A DNA stretch of 64,000 nt. Source: Camelus dromedarius. Lineage: Eukaryota. The notes under the pieces were generated by a model. It was not told the origin of the DNA. It made no database searches and saw only the letters and a program-made list of their open reading frames with translations. The position numbers and the translations under genes were made by a program. Shown here in pieces: positions 61,063-64,000 of the stretch. The stretch lies in contig NC_087436.1 of NCBI RefSeq assembly GCF_036321535.1, forward strand, positions 28,460,001-28,524,000, written 5' to 3'. Numbering within the stretch: position 1 is the first letter of the stretch; each line of letters starts with the position of its first letter.

Positions 61063-64000
61063 AATTATGAGAGTTATCAAATAAACAGTCCTGAGAATTT
61101 TATTATTTCTTTGGTTTCCCTAGTTATTTTTTTCTCTCATTCTCATTTAGCATTTATCATGGATGGAGAGAAAAAAACAAACATATAGTTTCTATATTTA
61201 AATGTCAAAATAATTTCATAAATTATAATGCTAAGCCATCAATGTGTTTTATTCTACTTAATTTATCTTTTAAAACATTCCTTCTGTATGTTTTTTAAGT
61301 CAGTGACAAAGCAGTAGTTTAAAAGTATTCAGTTAGTTAATTTGAAAGGAAAGATATAAAATAATGTGGCTTAGGTTGTAAATAGGAAAATTGAATGGTA
61401 AAAAAAATACACTTTCATTATTAGATAAGCACCGTAATTCCTGCTACCTTTAGCTAGAGGAATATTGACATCCAAAGCTTTAATTATCAAAACTTAAGAT
61501 GTTTGTGCTTGGGAAATAGGTGTTTCTTTGCTGCAATACAATAAATGAGATTTTGAGTTGTGACTAATAAACGTTTAATAATGATTATATTAGACTTTAT
61601 TTTCCTTTGAGAGTTTTCTTGATGTGTACAATATAAAACAAGTGCCAGATTATTCTACCCATACCAGAGTTCAGTAATTCTTACTGAGCTTGACATTATT
61701 CATCTAGAATCAGGCCACTTGCATTGCTATGGCTTTGGAAAACTTAATTAGGAGTTAGGGAATTTGCGGCACAAGTAATAAAAAATGGTTCACTCAAGAT
61801 GAGAAATTATTTAGATGCATTATGTTGAAATATGAATATTATACATTCAATGTTTAGTAATTTAAAAATAATTTATTAGAACAGGGAAAGGCAAATGTGA
61901 TGGAAAATAACAAAAAACAAAACAAAGAAACTCTAAAGACTTCTGCCTTAAGCAATTTTACTAACCTGACAATTCAATCTTCCGTTTCTTCTATTAAAAT
62001 CATACTAGCAAATATACCTGTTTCATTATCAAGAAAATATTTTCTAAAACCACAAAAACAGGAGTTCCTATCGTATTTTCCTCTATTTTTCCTTTAGCCT
62101 TGCATAAATTGTTCTTTCTTTAAAAGCAATTCTCTTATAAATAAGAAAAAATCTATATTTTAATCCTCCAATTTTTCTAAGCACAGATGTGCTTAAGTCG
62201 TAACCAGAGGAATTTCTTTTACTGAAATCTTGTTCTTATCTGCTGGTAGTTCAATCTACATATTATCCCCAAACCAAATCTCAGACTGAATATGAAACAA
62301 ACTTGCTAATGAAGTAGGGACTTCCAAAGGAAGTCTGCCTGATCTCTTGCCCTGTGATTTCAGCATTTTGTGTTTCAGACCTGGAACTTCCCGACCCTGG
62401 TCGTGCCTGTGGAAGTGATAACCATTGGTGATCTCTGCAAAACATTTCTCTCTGGCACTTCCAGGACTCTCTCAGATGTGAATGCAAAATTGCATTCTCT
62501 GGGATGCCATGGTTCAGTATGACAGGAATCAGTTTATTTAAAGTTTTGTTGGTTTGTTCATTTGCCTGTGTTTTTAAATCCATAACTGTAGCAATAAACA
62601 TTTCCTCTTATGAAGGTAGTGGTAAATAACTTAATCCATTCTTCTAAAGGTGGCCATTATTTTAGCTGCTTTCCTTAGTCTTTCTTTACTAGTCAAAGCA
62701 GCATATTCTATCCCATGAAGTCCTCTATCCCTGCATTAGTTCTACTAATCCCTTTAAACAATTTGACTCCTTGAACTCCATTTTTCAATTATGAATGCTT
62801 GCAATTCCTGTTGCAAGAAGGAGGAATTCAAGAGTATGGCTCTAACTTTCTTTTTTTTCTTGCAAACTTTTTAACACCCACAGGTGTAGTAAAGGAAAGA
62901 TATATGCTAAATGTTAAAATTCCAAAGTCATATATAAGAATAGATTATATACATGACCCTGTTCTCCTCAAAGAAATGAAAGGAGAATGAAGTCATGCCT
63001 GTAAGGCCCATGTAACCTGAGAAGCTGCCCTGTAAACAATGAACCATTAATATCCTGACTTTCATAGATTGCAGAGAGAATATAAACCTATCTGCGTTCT
63101 AGTTATAATCCAATCTGCCTGTATAAATAATAGTATACAAATAGATCATAAATAATGCCTAACTATTAATCAGCATGTATTAATCAGCATCTAAGTCTTC
63201 ACCTTTAACAGGATTTTATTTTATGAAGAGTGGACAACTAAATTTAAAACTTCATTCAGAACTATAAAGCATCTCATCCCAATTCCAATGCTATTTCTCT
63301 TCCATTACCATAAAGGATAATGCTTTAACCCTCTCTTAAATACTTACCCTGAATTTATTTTATTTAGCAAGTCTTTATGTATTATTTTTAAAGTCAGTAA
63401 TTATCTTTTATGGATTATTTACAAATATGAACATTTTTGATATATATAAGGAGAATATGTGTGGATTGGTGTAATTAATAATGTAGCATGTTGAGCCATA
63501 TTTTTAAAGAATAAGATGTGAAATCTTCGCCTAATATTTCACTTTCATCAGGTCAGAGTTTTTAGCATTAAATTAAATCTATAATTTACCTATATAAGTT
63601 TCTTTGTAGTAATTTCTGAAAGATTATACAAAACATTTTCATGAAAACTATCCATATGATTCATTAATATTTCATAAATATTTATATTTCAAAAGCACCC
63701 TTAAGTTATCCAAGTAATTATAAATGTGTTAATTTTAGGGGAATACGTAAAATACATCATTAATAATAAAATCAATTTTCAGTATTTCAGGAATTGTACT
63801 TTTTGAGGAAGATAATATTCTAATAAACTTTTAAGAGTCAATAGGGTTGGATTGGTTCTATTTTAAATACAGCACAAAATATTCCAAGTTTTTATCCACT
63901 TAACAATCTGAAAGAAGGAATGATATTTTTAAAAATCTGATCCTAATTAATATTAATAAACCAAATTCTGTTGAGCATAAACTAGGCATCAGATACTTTG

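Noticed and set aside
1..64000. A novel multi-gene system, NUMT, processed pseudogene or non-retroviral endogenous viral element
   Set aside because: No long ORFs and no recognisable mitochondrial, viral or mRNA-derived sequence by eye; a BLASTx/BLASTn of the repeat-masked window would be needed to exclude highly decayed copies.

Overview
AT-rich, CpG-depleted eutherian nuclear DNA with no protein-coding gene, rRNA, functional tRNA or CRISPR array that I can support. Two tRNA-Ala(AGC)-derived SINEs of the Vic-1 type point to a camelid genome (alpaca, llama or camel); this is an inference. The window reads as gene desert or deep intron. It is a mosaic of decayed interspersed repeats: L1 of several ages, L2, MIR, MaLR (MLT1), ERVL (MLT2, MER21, LTR16) and ERV1-like solo LTRs, and MER5. 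Between them lie repeat-poor stretches that resemble conserved non-coding elements. The recognisable ORF-track entries are L1 ORF2 C-terminal remnants; the rest look like chance ORFs. Repeat families were called by eye against remembered consensus motifs, so subfamily names and most boundaries are approximate. I found no evidence for a new biological system. The best leads are modest: a solo LTR that keeps its promoter motifs but has no poly(A) signal and lies beside a CpG-retaining zone, a second CpG cluster, a well-formed orphan 91-nt exon candidate, several enhancer-like blocks, nested insertions and a series of short tandem duplications.
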